Source: Bacteroidota bacterium
GTDB taxonomy: Bacteria; Bacteroidota; Bacteroidia; UBA4408
Length of the DNA: 64,000 nucleotides
Direction of reading: 5' to 3'
Assembly: GCA_040385525.1 (NCBI GenBank)
Contig: JAZKHE010000002.1
Location: 969,786 to 1,033,785, forward strand
The notes beneath the pieces are model-generated. The model saw nothing but the letters and a program-made list of their open reading frames with translations, ran no database searches and was not told where the DNA came from. This document shows positions 8,832-18,881 of this stretch, one piece after another. The position numbers and the translations under genes are program-made. Numbering within the stretch: the first letter of the stretch is position 1; each line of letters begins with the position of its first letter.

Positions 8832-11798
8832 ATGAAAAGTAAATACATTTTATTCAGTGCATTAGCTGTTTCACTTGGAACTGCTGCGATTTACAAGTCT
8901 TTTAATGCAAAGACTACTGAAGAAAGTTACCAACCTCGTATGGAGTCTCCTAACTTGCTTATGGGGCATGCGCGCTCTGCTGCAGGTGCGTTTGAGTACT
9001 ATAAATCTATAAAATCAAACGTAAATACTGGAAATATTGAGTTGTCTGACTTAATTAATTCTCAAGTTGCTGTAAAACAACATGCGAATCAAAAAGGTAG
9101 CAATGGTGAAGATAATATGACTTGGCAGTCTATGGGTCCCGATAATCAAGGAGGTAGAACTTATGCTATTTTATTTGAAAAATCTAATCCTAATACAATT
9201 TTTGCAGGTGCTGTTTCTGGAGGTTTATGGAAAACAACAACTGGAGGAACTTCATGGTTAGAGGTAGGAGATTTTGAAAATAATAACATTTCTTGTATAC
9301 ATCAAGCTGCTAATGGCGATATGTATTTTGGAACTGGAGAAGATATTGGTAATGCTGACGGCTCTGGTAACTCAGCTTTTATGGGACAAGGTATTTGGAA
9401 ATCTACTGATAAAGGAGCAACTTGGAGTCATTTACCAGCTACTTTACCTATAAATACTAATAATCCTAATATTGAGTTTTCATTTATTTCTGAAATAACA
9501 ACTAGCCCTTCTGATGCAAATGTGATTTATGTTGCTACAAATAGAGGTGTTAGAAAATCAATTGATGGTGGCGAAACGTGGACAAATCCAATGATAATTG
9601 TTGGAGGCGGTGCTTCACCTATAATTGGGCAAGGTTATAATGTAGATATTGCAAGTGATGGAACAATTATTTGTGATGTTAATAGTAAAGTGTATATGTC
9701 TTTTGACGGAGGTGAAACATTCGAGAATCAATCTATAAAATCAGGCGCAACAAATCCTAACAAAATCCCTTCTTCTGGCATCGGAAGAATGTCAATTGAC
9801 GTTGCTCCATCTGACGCAAATTATTTTTATGTACAGTGCTCTTCTCCTAATGGTGGAGCTGGATTTGAAGGTATTTACAGAACTACTAATAAAGGAACTG
9901 ATTGGTCTCTTTATGTGCCAGGAAAAGTTTCAGGATTTAATATTTTTACACAAGATCCTTCAGAAGCTGTAGCTGCTTCTCACCAAGGGTGGTATGATAA
10001 CGTAATTAAAGTTCACCCTACAGATAAAGATAAAATTTATTGCGGTGGCATTGATGTTTGGTCTTTTTCACCAACAACTAGTTTCGAAAGAATTTCTATG
10101 TGGTTTGGAGAAGGAAGCGAAACATTTGTTAATCCATATTATGTACATGCCGATCAGCACGGTATAGCTTTTCACCCTACAAACCCTGATATTATTTTGT
10201 TTGTAGGTGATGGTGGTATATTTAAAACAGAAAATGGCGGTTTAACTTTTAAAGAAATTAACAAAGGATATGCTACTACACAATTTTATGAAATGTGTTT
10301 TGGTCCTACTGGCGAAGTAATGGGTGGCTTACAAGATAATGGAACTCAATACATCGATTTTCATGGAAATACATTAAGAGCTGCAAAAGAAGTTAAAGGT
10401 GGTGATGGTTTTGATAGTGAAATTTCTCAAATAGACGAAAATGTTTTTTTTGCTACCTCTTATAATGGAGATATTGGAAGATCTGCTAAAAAAGGAGCTG
10501 GTTTTTCTCCGTTCTATAATAATAGAGCGCAAGTTGCGATGAATAATAGCCCTTTCCATACAAAAATGGCAATGTGGGAAACTAAAAAAGCTGAGAATTT
10601 TAACGATACAGTTTATTTTACTACAACTGTTGATATTACTGCAGAAACAATAATTAACCAAACTAGTAAAACAACAAAATTGCCTATTACATGGATTGCA
10701 GATAAAGATTATCCTGCAGGTTCAAGAGTTGGAGTTCCAGATCCTATTCAAAATAGATTTGTTGTTGCAGGTAATAATAGTGTTTGGATGACTTGTGAAG
10801 CAATGAATTTTACAACGAATCCTAAATGGTTTAGAATAGCTACCAACACAATTACATCAACTCCTGGTCAAGGTGCTAATGATGCTTTATCTGGAGCTTC
10901 GGTTGTTAGTTTTGCTTTTTCTACATCTGGCGAACACTTGTTTTTAGGAGATGCTGGAGGTAGTGTTTATCGTGTTAGTTATTTAAATACTATTAAAAAT
11001 AACAATATTCTTGGAAATGATACTCTTACTGGAGAGTTAGGTAATTCTAAATGTAAACTTACTTTAAAAAGAATTGGAAATTTTGGAAGAATAGTTACAA
11101 GTTTAGCTGTGGATCCTCAAAATGCTGATAATTTAGTTGTTACTTTAGGCAATTACGGCTCAACAGGTTCTTATGTTTATAAATCATCTAATGCAACAAT
11201 AGCAAATTCAGCGTCTAACGCTACAACAAACTTTACTGATATTCAAGGAGATTTGCCTAAAATGCCAGTTTATGCTTCAATTATCGATTATCAAAATCCT
11301 GATGTAATTGTGTTAGGAACTGAATATGGTATTTACTCAAGTTCTGTTGGTGGTTTGTCTTGGTCAGCAAGAAACACGGGTATGGGTAAAGTTGGTGTTT
11401 TCTCTTTGCGTCAGCAAACTCTAGCTTACAATGAATGCTGGAACTCAGGTGTAATGTATGCTGGAACTCACGGAAAAGGTATTTATAAATCAGATGCTTT
11501 GGTTAGTATTAAAGGAAATGCTTCTAAAACAGTTTCTCCTTTAGAGTTAAAAGTGTATCCAAATCCTGTAACAGAATCGGCTTCGATTAATTTCTCTATC
11601 GAGAAAACTCGCGAAATTGCTGTTACTGTTTACGACTTAAATGGAAGAGTTGTTAAATCTTTCGATTTAGATAAAAAACCTGAAGGCACTCATCAATTTA
11701 CTTTCTCTGCTGAGGATTTAAATATAGGAACTTATATAGTTTCTGTTAATGGTGGAAATGATTACAAAAAAGTAACGAAGTTTGTTGTTGTAAAATAA
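8832..11798 (+). CDS. T9SS-secreted BNR/Asp-box beta-propeller protein (GH74/sortilin-like)
   Basis: GPDNQGGRT, repeated SxDxGxTW boxes, VHADQH, GGDGF; C-terminal YPNP...TKFVVVK T9SS type A domain. Confidence 0.85.
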   Translation: MKSKYILFSALAVSLGTAAIYKSFNAKTTEESYQPRMESPNLLMGHARSAAGAFEYYKSIKSNVNTGNIELSDLINSQVAVKQHANQKGSNGEDNMTWQSMGPDNQGGRTYAILFEKSNPNTIFAGAVSGGLWKTTTGGTSWLEVGDFENNNISCIHQAANGDMYFGTGEDIGNADGSGNSAFMGQGIWKSTDKGATWSHLPATLPINTNNPNIEFSFISEITTSPSDANVIYVATNRGVRKSIDGGETWTNPMIIVGGGASPIIGQGYNVDIASDGTIICDVNSKVYMSFDGGETFENQSIKSGATNPNKIPSSGIGRMSIDVAPSDANYFYVQCSSPNGGAGFEGIYRTTNKGTDWSLYVPGKVSGFNIFTQDPSEAVAASHQGWYDNVIKVHPTDKDKIYCGGIDVWSFSPTTSFERISMWFGEGSETFVNPYYVHADQHGIAFHPTNPDIILFVGDGGIFKTENGGLTFKEINKGYATTQFYEMCFGPTGEVMGGLQDNGTQYIDFHGNTLRAAKEVKGGDGFDSEISQIDENVFFATSYNGDIGRSAKKGAGFSPFYNNRAQVAMNNSPFHTKMAMWETKKAENFNDTVYFTTTVDITAETIINQTSKTTKLPITWIADKDYPAGSRVGVPDPIQNRFVVAGNNSVWMTCEAMNFTTNPKWFRIATNTITSTPGQGANDALSGASVVSFAFSTSGEHLFLGDAGGSVYRVSYLNTIKNNNILGNDTLTGELGNSKCKLTLKRIGNFGRIVTSLAVDPQNADNLVVTLGNYGSTGSYVYKSSNATIANSASNATTNFTDIQGDLPKMPVYASIIDYQNPDVIVLGTEYGIYSSSVGGLSWSARNTGMGKVGVFSLRQQTLAYNECWNSGVMYAGTHGKGIYKSDALVSIKGNASKTVSPLELKVYPNPVTESASINFSIEKTREIAVTVYDLNGRVVKSFDLDKKPEGTHQFTFSAEDLNIGTYIVSVNGGNDYKKVTKFVVVK

Positions 11799-11821
11799 CT
11801 ACTTCCTAAATATTTATAATC

Positions 11822-11854
11822 GAGTCCCGGGATTTTTCTCGGGACTCTTTTTTT
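11822..11854 (+). terminator. Intrinsic terminator
   Basis: GAGTCCCG/CGGGACTC stem followed by T7. Confidence 0.85.
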
Positions 11855-11868
11855 AAGCACATTACAAT

Positions 11869-12873
11869 ATGAAAAAAATTAGAGTAGCCGTTAACGGCTT
11901 TGGTAGAATTGGTAGAGTATTTACAAGAGTTGCTTTACAAAATAGCAATATAGAAATTGTTGCAATAAACGATTTAGGCGATGCCAAAACAATGGCGCAT
12001 TTGTTTAAATACGATTCAGTACACGGAAAATTTGAAGGAACAATTTCATTTACTAGCAACAGTTTAATTTTTGATGGAAATAGTGCGCAACTTTTTGCTG
12101 AAAAAGATGTTGCTAAATTGCCTTGGTCGGCTTTAAATATTGATATTGTAGTTGATTGCACAGGTATACATTTAGATAAAGAAAGTTTAAACAAACATTT
12201 AATTGCTGGCGCAAAAAAAGTAATACTTTCTGCTCCTCCTAAAGATGATATTAAAAGTGTGGTTTTAGGCATTAACGATTCCATTTTAAATGCTAATGAT
12301 AAAATAATATCAAACGCATCATGCACAACAAATTGCGCTGCACCAATGATTGATGTGTTGCATAAAAATTTTGGAATTAAACAAGCGTCAATCAATACAG
12401 TGCATTCGTATACGGGCGATCAGCGTTTGCATGATTCTCCGCACAAAGATTTGCGTAGAGCAAGAGCAGCAGCATTATCAATTATACCCACAACAACTGG
12501 TGCGGCAAAAGCTATTACAAAAATATTTCCTGAATTGGTAGGGAAAATAGGTGGCTCAGGTATGCGTGTGCCTGTGCCTGATGGCTCATTAACCGATATG
12601 AGTTGCATTTTAGAAAAACACGCAACAGTTGATGAAATTAACCAAGCATTTAAAGCAGCAGCAGATACTTATTTAAAAGGGATATTAGAGTATAGTAACG
12701 AACCGTTAGTTTCTATTGATATTGTTGGAAATTCACACTCATGTGTTTTTGACGAAGAACTAACGTCTGTTGTTGACGATAATTTAGTGCGCGTTATTGG
12801 TTGGTATGATAACGAATCTGGCTATTCTAATAGATTAGTTGATTTGGTTGTTAAGTTTTATAGTATTAATTAA
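11869..12873 (+). CDS. gapA: Type I glyceraldehyde-3-phosphate dehydrogenase
   Basis: NGFGRIGR, ASCTTNC, WYDNE motifs. Confidence 0.98.
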   Translation: MKKIRVAVNGFGRIGRVFTRVALQNSNIEIVAINDLGDAKTMAHLFKYDSVHGKFEGTISFTSNSLIFDGNSAQLFAEKDVAKLPWSALNIDIVVDCTGIHLDKESLNKHLIAGAKKVILSAPPKDDIKSVVLGINDSILNANDKIISNASCTTNCAAPMIDVLHKNFGIKQASINTVHSYTGDQRLHDSPHKDLRRARAAALSIIPTTTGAAKAITKIFPELVGKIGGSGMRVPVPDGSLTDMSCILEKHATVDEINQAFKAAADTYLKGILEYSNEPLVSIDIVGNSHSCVFDEELTSVVDDNLVRVIGWYDNESGYSNRLVDLVVKFYSIN

Positions 12874-12888
12874 ACGGATTGAATTTTT

Positions 12889-13602
12889 TTAATCATTTAA
12901 TATGCTGTTTAAAATCACATTAATTTCATTAGCCTTTGTTAATGTCATCATGTGTGAGCCGTTTTTAACACTATAATTTACAGATTTTATTTTACGAATT
13001 GGTAAAGTATGGTCGTTGTTTCCGTGAATGTGTATTACGTTTTTTGAATTATTTTTTCTGTCCCAATTTATAATTAATGCAACAGTTCTTTTCATATAAC
13101 GTGCATTTTTTGCTTTGAGCATCGCTTTAAAAGTTTTTTTATTTTTCTTTCTATCGGGCTCAACAATGGGTTGTAAAAATTTTGCTCCTGCAAGTAAAAC
13201 ACTTCCCGGAAACAATTTATATAGTGGTATTACTTTTTGAAATTTATACCTAAATGGTAGTTCATTTCTGTTTTTTGCACTAGAGATTAGTATTGTTTTT
13301 TCTGGATTTATTATTTCTGCTAACTCACAGCAAATCATTCCGCCAAGCGATACACCAATTAAATAAAATTGTTCCGTTGTGTCAATTTGTTTAGAAAGTT
13401 TTTTGGCAAAATCGCTCATTTTCATCCCTTTTTCTGGCGTTCCGTAATCAATAAATTTAACGGAATATTGAGGATTAAAAAGTATTGAATCGAAAATGCG
13501 TTGGTCGGAACCTTGACCAGGAAAACAATAAATGGTTGTTTTAGTTTGAGCCAATAAACTTAAATTGATAAGTGTAAAAAATAGAATTTGTTTAACTTTC
13601 AC
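12889..13602 (-). CDS. Alpha/beta hydrolase
   Basis: GVSLGG nucleophile elbow, HIHGNND, GSHMM; GTG start. Confidence 0.85.
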   Translation of the reverse strand: MKVKQILFFTLINLSLLAQTKTTIYCFPGQGSDQRIFDSILFNPQYSVKFIDYGTPEKGMKMSDFAKKLSKQIDTTEQFYLIGVSLGGMICCELAEIINPEKTILISSAKNRNELPFRYKFQKVIPLYKLFPGSVLLAGAKFLQPIVEPDRKKNKKTFKAMLKAKNARYMKRTVALIINWDRKNNSKNVIHIHGNNDHTLPIRKIKSVNYSVKNGSHMMTLTKANEINVILNSILND

Positions 13603-13624
13603 AATTACTAAACTTTTAAAACAA

Positions 13625-14893
13625 TTACGTTTTTTGTTTTTTCTTTTTGGCAGCAGGAAACAAAATGTTGTTTAAAATTAAGCGATAGCCTGGCGAATTA
13701 GGATGTAAATTTAAATCGGTTGGTGGGTCGCCCACATAATGTTGATAATCTTCGGGGTCGTGTCCGCCATAAAAAGTCCAAGTTCCTTTTCCTATCGTTC
13801 CGTGTATATACCTTGCTTCGCTTAAAGCTTTGTTTTCTCCTAAAATCAATACACCCGATTTAATCAAGTTCTTTTTAAAAGCAGTGGTTTGCCCCATGAA
13901 TCCTTTAATAATTTGCTCGTGATTTTGGCAAAGCATGGTTGGAACAGGATCCCATTTTGCACTGAATTCAAACAAAGAAAATAAGTCAGATGTTTCGGCT
14001 ACTTTTGGTCCTTCAGTATTGGGTCTACTATCAATATCAGAATATTCGTATTCGTAAGGATTGGTGCTTATTCTAAATTTATCAAATGCGTACGTTTTGT
14101 TGTAATCAATTACTTTATTGTAATTAGCTGTTGAGCCATCACCATCATACATAAATTCACAAATATCCACACCCTCTGCAGATAGAGCAATATCATACGA
14201 ATCGGTAGCAGAACACATCGCAAATAAAAATCCACCACCAGCAGCAAAATCTTTTATTTTTAAAGCTACACCTAACTTAAGTTCAGATACTTTGCTAAAG
14301 CCTAATTTTTTAGCCATGGTTTCGTTTTCGCGCACTTGCTCTTGATACCAAGGTGTTTGATTGTAGGCTGCGTAAAACTTTCCGTATTGTCCTGTAAAAT
14401 CTTCGTGATGCAAATGCAACCAATCGTATAAAGGTAATTTCCCTTCAATAATTTCTTCGTCGTAAACTACATCGTAAGGAACCTCTGCATACTTTAAAAC
14501 CATTGTTACGGCATCATCCCAAGGCTGTTTGCTTTTTGGTGAATATACTGCAACTTTAGGGGCTTTATCTAATTTCACAATATCCATATTTGCTTCTGCC
14601 GATGATATTTCGGTAAGAATTGCTGTGTATTGAGCGTCGGCAATAATTTCGTAACTAACACCACGAATTTGACATTCGCTTTCAATTTGTTTTATGTTGT
14701 CGGTAGCAAAACTGCCGCCTCTGTAATTTAAAAGCCAATCAACACTTATATCGTTTTTTAAAACCCAAAAAGCAATTCCATACGCTTTTAAATGATTTTT
14801 TTGTGTTGTTGCATCCATAGGAATTAGGATCTTAGATGCAAAACTTACATTAAAAAGTAAAAGAAAAAATAAAACTATTTTGTGTTTTAGCAT
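13625..14893 (-). CDS. Conserved Bacteroidota exported protein (family often auto-labelled 'asparagine synthetase B'; class I GATase-like segment)
   Basis: Signal peptide; NHLKAYG, DWLHLHHEDFTGQYGKF, FAMCSATD, GGHDPEDY motifs. Family recognised from memory. Confidence 0.7.
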   Translation of the reverse strand: MLKHKIVLFFLLLFNVSFASKILIPMDATTQKNHLKAYGIAFWVLKNDISVDWLLNYRGGSFATDNIKQIESECQIRGVSYEIIADAQYTAILTEISSAEANMDIVKLDKAPKVAVYSPKSKQPWDDAVTMVLKYAEVPYDVVYDEEIIEGKLPLYDWLHLHHEDFTGQYGKFYAAYNQTPWYQEQVRENETMAKKLGFSKVSELKLGVALKIKDFAAGGGFLFAMCSATDSYDIALSAEGVDICEFMYDGDGSTANYNKVIDYNKTYAFDKFRISTNPYEYEYSDIDSRPNTEGPKVAETSDLFSLFEFSAKWDPVPTMLCQNHEQIIKGFMGQTTAFKKNLIKSGVLILGENKALSEARYIHGTIGKGTWTFYGGHDPEDYQHYVGDPPTDLNLHPNSPGYRLILNNILFPAAKKKKQKT

Positions 14894-14902
14894 TTTAAAA
14901 AA

Positions 14903-16441
14903 CTAAAATGGTGCTTCGTTATCAAAATCTTTATTCATTTTTGATGAAAAAGTTATAGAAGGACTACTAGCGTTATCAAAATCGTTATCTACGCTTCCTG
15001 CTGACGAAATAGCTTCTAAACTCATGGTTTCGTAGTCAACAAACTTTGCAAGATGTGGAATAAATCGAAGATTTACATCCTCTAACGATCCGTTTCTATG
15101 TTTAGCAATAATAATTTGTCCTAAATTTTCTGGAAAAGCATTTCCATCTTCATCTTGTGTAATTTGATAATATTCTGGACGATAAATAAACATTACCATA
15201 TCGGCATCTTGCTCAATTGCACCCGATTCACGTAAGTCAGAAAGTTGTGGTTTTTTAAGTCCACCACGTGTTTCAACAGCACGACTTAATTGCGAAAGTG
15301 CAATAATTGGAATATTTAATTCTTTTGCAATACTTTTTAATGAACGAGAAATCGTACTAATTTCTTGTTCACGATTTCCTCCTTTGTTGTCGCCACCTGC
15401 CGTCATTAACTGCAAGTAATCTATCACCACTAAATCAATATCGTGTTGCGCTTTTAAACGTCTGCATTTTGCTCTTAATTCAAAAACAGATAAGGCAGGC
15501 GTATCATCAATATAAATAGGAGCCGTTTCTAAAGTTTTTATTTTAGTAAGTAGCTGTTGCCACTCGTAATTTTCTAGTTTTCCTTTTTTTAATTTTTCTG
15601 CAGAAAGCTCTGTTTCACCAGCAATTAAACGATTTACCAACTGCACACTCGACATCTCTAACGAAAATATAGCAACACCTTTTTTGTATTGTACAGCTGT
15701 GTTTCTTGCTAACGACAATACAAATGCGGTTTTACCCATACCTGGTCGTGCAGCCATAATAACTAAATCAGAAGGCTGCCAACCCGATGTAATTCTATCT
15801 AAAGCCGTAAATCCTGATGGAACACCACTAACACCTTCGGTATGGCGAGCTTTTTCAATTTGCTCAACAGCTTGTTTTAAAAGGGAATTCATCCCTTCGT
15901 AATTTTTGCTGATGTTTTTTTCTGCAATCGAAAATAAATTGCTTTCTGCTTTATCTAATAAGTCAAAAACATCAGAACTATCTTCGTAAGCATCGCGAAT
16001 TGTTTCCGACGAAATACGAATTAATTCTCTTTGAATAAATTTTTGTAAAATAATACGTGCATGAAACACAATGTTTGCTGCAGATGCAATACGATTGGTT
16101 AATTGAGTAATGTAATACGCACCACCAACAATTTCTAATTCTCCACTTTTTTTAAGTTGAGATGTAACCGTTAAAATATCAATGGGTTCGTTGTTTTGAA
16201 ACAAAATACAAATTGCAGCATATATTTTTTGATGCGATTCTTTGTAAAAAGATTCTATACTTAAAATATCAATTACTTCGTTTAAAGGTTTTTTTTCGAG
16301 CATCATCGCACCCAAAACAGCTTCTTCTAAATCTACAGCTTGTGGCGGAAGTTTGCCATGTTCTTGCACAGGAATAAAATTTCCGGCTTTGTTAATTTTG
16401 CGTTTTGTTGCGTCTTGCGATATATTTTGTCCAGCGTTCAT
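14903..16441 (-). CDS. dnaB: Replicative DNA helicase
   Basis: PPQAVDLEEAVLG, AARPGMGKT, IDYLQLM, LSDLRESGAIEQDAD. Confidence 0.98.
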   Translation of the reverse strand: MNAGQNISQDATKRKINKAGNFIPVQEHGKLPPQAVDLEEAVLGAMMLEKKPLNEVIDILSIESFYKESHQKIYAAICILFQNNEPIDILTVTSQLKKSGELEIVGGAYYITQLTNRIASAANIVFHARIILQKFIQRELIRISSETIRDAYEDSSDVFDLLDKAESNLFSIAEKNISKNYEGMNSLLKQAVEQIEKARHTEGVSGVPSGFTALDRITSGWQPSDLVIMAARPGMGKTAFVLSLARNTAVQYKKGVAIFSLEMSSVQLVNRLIAGETELSAEKLKKGKLENYEWQQLLTKIKTLETAPIYIDDTPALSVFELRAKCRRLKAQHDIDLVVIDYLQLMTAGGDNKGGNREQEISTISRSLKSIAKELNIPIIALSQLSRAVETRGGLKKPQLSDLRESGAIEQDADMVMFIYRPEYYQITQDEDGNAFPENLGQIIIAKHRNGSLEDVNLRFIPHLAKFVDYETMSLEAISSAGSVDNDFDNASSPSITFSSKMNKDFDNEAPF

Positions 16442-16586
16442 ACCTCAAATTTACGAAAAAAGTAGGGGAGTTTTTAATTCAATATCACAAACTACAAACA
16501 TATTCTAATTAACTGATAATTAAATTGTTAAATGGCTAAACTTGAAGCGATTTGTTTACTTAAAGCTAAATCGTTATATTAACGTA

Positions 16587-17879
16587 ATGAAAACGCTAAT
16601 TATTGTTTTTTCTGTACTAGTTTCTATTTCATTTTTTTTCGCTTGTAAGAAAAAGAAAGATGAAGAATTGCCTAAAATTGAAATTGTAAGCCCGAGCATT
16701 GGCGATAAATATAACGATAATAATGATGTAGATTTTACGATTAATGTTAGCGATAACCTTATAATAGAAAACATAAAAGTAAATTTAGTTGATGCTGATA
16801 AAAGAGCGGTAAGCTCTACTTTAACTGAGTTTCCGAAGCAAAAAAAATATGAATGGAAAAGTTATGTAACAATTGATGCATCAAAAATTAATGCAAGCGG
16901 AACGTATTATTTAAATTTTGTCGCTAACGACGGAACAAACATAGAAAGCGTTTATTTACCCGTTTATATTACTGAAACACTATTGCATAAAAAAGCCATT
17001 TATATTATAACGAATGAGTTTGCAAAAGGAGCAGAAATCCAAAAGTTAGATTCAGTAAATAATTTATCGGTTTTTACTCGATTAACTGGCGATTACTTAG
17101 GTGCAGCAATTGACAATAAATACAAACGTGTTTATACTTGTGGCAATTACGAAGGGCCTTTGCAAGCAATAGATACAAGAAACGCATCTCGCTTATGGAA
17201 ATTAGATACTCCATTAAATAATTCAAAATATTTTTCGGCAATCAGTGCTTCTAGCGGAATGGTGTATGTTGGTTTTTACGAAGGTTTTTTTCAAGGATTT
17301 AATGAAAAAGGAGAGCGTTTTTTTTCTACGAAAAACACAGAAGATGTAAATTATTTTCCTGAAAAATTTTTTAGAAGTACAAACAATATTGTAACTTTTG
17401 AAAGGCACAAAGGCGAAAATAAAAAAAGATTAAAATCGTATTATTTAAGTGGTAATGCACATCAAGAAATGTATATAGATTTTGAACCCATTGCTATTTT
17501 GGCTAAAGAAGCAAATACTTGTTTTGTGCTTGCTAATAAAGACGAGAAAGCGAATTTATATGTGTATGATATAGAGGCAAATTCGTATTACAATCCTACT
17601 TTAATTAGTGGAAAAATAATTTGTGCTGCCAAGGCAGAAAATAAAGTAGTGTATTGCGATGGAACATCTATTTTGGTTTACGATGATGCAACAAATAGCC
17701 TTACTCTTTTAAAAAATAATTTTGTTGCCGAAAAGTTGGAATACGATATTACCACCAATGAATTAATTGCTTTGCAAAAAGGAGTTGTTTATTTAATTGA
17801 TTTTGCAAACGGAAGCACAAAAAAAAGCATTGCAGTTAATAGCAATGCTTCTGATATTTTGTTGCAATTAAGTAAATAA
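16587..17879 (+). CDS. Lipoprotein, Ig-like N-domain plus probable beta-propeller
   Basis: Preferred ATG 16587 (MKTLII); lipobox FFAC then KKKKDEE; PKIEIVSP...VSDN Ig-like pattern. Confidence 0.7.
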   Translation: MKTLIIVFSVLVSISFFFACKKKKDEELPKIEIVSPSIGDKYNDNNDVDFTINVSDNLIIENIKVNLVDADKRAVSSTLTEFPKQKKYEWKSYVTIDASKINASGTYYLNFVANDGTNIESVYLPVYITETLLHKKAIYIITNEFAKGAEIQKLDSVNNLSVFTRLTGDYLGAAIDNKYKRVYTCGNYEGPLQAIDTRNASRLWKLDTPLNNSKYFSAISASSGMVYVGFYEGFFQGFNEKGERFFSTKNTEDVNYFPEKFFRSTNNIVTFERHKGENKKRLKSYYLSGNAHQEMYIDFEPIAILAKEANTCFVLANKDEKANLYVYDIEANSYYNPTLISGKIICAAKAENKVVYCDGTSILVYDDATNSLTLLKNNFVAEKLEYDITTNELIALQKGVVYLIDFANGSTKKSIAVNSNASDILLQLSK

Positions 17880-18836
17880 TTAGGCTTCAATAACTACGCC
17901 CATTGCGCAATATTTATCAATACGTTGATTAATTCTATCTTTTACTGATAATTTATCTAATTCGGCTAATTGCTTTATTATTTCTTCTTTAACTGTTTGG
18001 TGTATAGCAGGAATGTTAGAGTGCGCACCACCTTCAGGTTCAGGAATAATTCCGTCAATTAATTTATTAGCTAACATATCTTTAGCAGTTAATTTTAAAG
18101 CTTCGGCTGCTTTCTCTTTAAAATCCCATGTTCTCCATAAAATAGTAGAGCAGTTTTCTGGTGAAATTACCGAATACCAAGAGTTTTCTAACATTAACAC
18201 TCTGTCTCCAACACCAATACCTAAAGCTCCACCACTAGCTCCTTCTCCAATAATAATACATATTACAGGCACTTTTAATTGAGCCATTTCTAACAAGTTG
18301 CGCGCAATAGCTTCGCCTTGTCCGCGTTCTTCTGCTTCTAAACCCGGAAAAGCACCTGGAGTATCAATAAAAGTAACAATAGGCTTGTTAAATTTTTCGG
18401 CCATTTTCATTAGGCGCAATGCTTTGCGGTAACCTTCAGGATTTGGCATACCAAAATTACGCAACTGGCGCATTTTAGTGTTAATACCTTTTTGTTGACC
18501 AATAAACATAACCGTTCTGCCATCAATATCGCCAAAACCACCCACCATTGCTTTGTCATCTTTCACCGTTCTATCGCCGTGTAATTCAATCCACGAGTGG
18601 TTACTCATATAATCGATATAGCTTAGTGTGTATGGGCGCTCAGGATGACGAGAAACCATAACACGTTGCCAAGGAGTAAGGTTGTTGTATATTTCTTTAC
18701 GCGTAAGAGATAGTTTATTTTCAAGTTCGCCAAGGGTTTTAGAAGTATCAATATTGGTTTTTTCTTCAACTTCTTTAATCTTTTCAATTTGCTCTAAAAT
18801 CTCTTGTATCGGTTTTTCAAATTCTAAAAATGTCAT
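17880..18836 (-). CDS. accA: Acetyl-CoA carboxylase carboxyltransferase alpha subunit
   Basis: [32 protein letters not shown]. Confidence 0.98.
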   Translation of the reverse strand: MTFLEFEKPIQEILEQIEKIKEVEEKTNIDTSKTLGELENKLSLTRKEIYNNLTPWQRVMVSRHPERPYTLSYIDYMSNHSWIELHGDRTVKDDKAMVGGFGDIDGRTVMFIGQQKGINTKMRQLRNFGMPNPEGYRKALRLMKMAEKFNKPIVTFIDTPGAFPGLEAEERGQGEAIARNLLEMAQLKVPVICIIIGEGASGGALGIGVGDRVLMLENSWYSVISPENCSTILWRTWDFKEKAAEALKLTAKDMLANKLIDGIIPEPEGGAHSNIPAIHQTVKEEIIKQLAELDKLSVKDRINQRIDKYCAMGVVIEA

Positions 18837-18856
18837 TTTCTTCTATTTTAGGATTA

Positions 18857-18864
18857 CAAATGTA
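18857..18864 (-). promoter_or_regulatory. Bacteroidota -7 element (TACATTTG) for accA
   Basis: TAnnTTTG 20 nt upstream of the accA start. Confidence 0.5.
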
Positions 18865-18881
18865 GTAAAAAAATAAAAATA

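Noticed and set aside
14903-16441. Possible intein in DnaB
   Set aside because: Normal length with contiguous helicase motifs and no intein terminal motifs.
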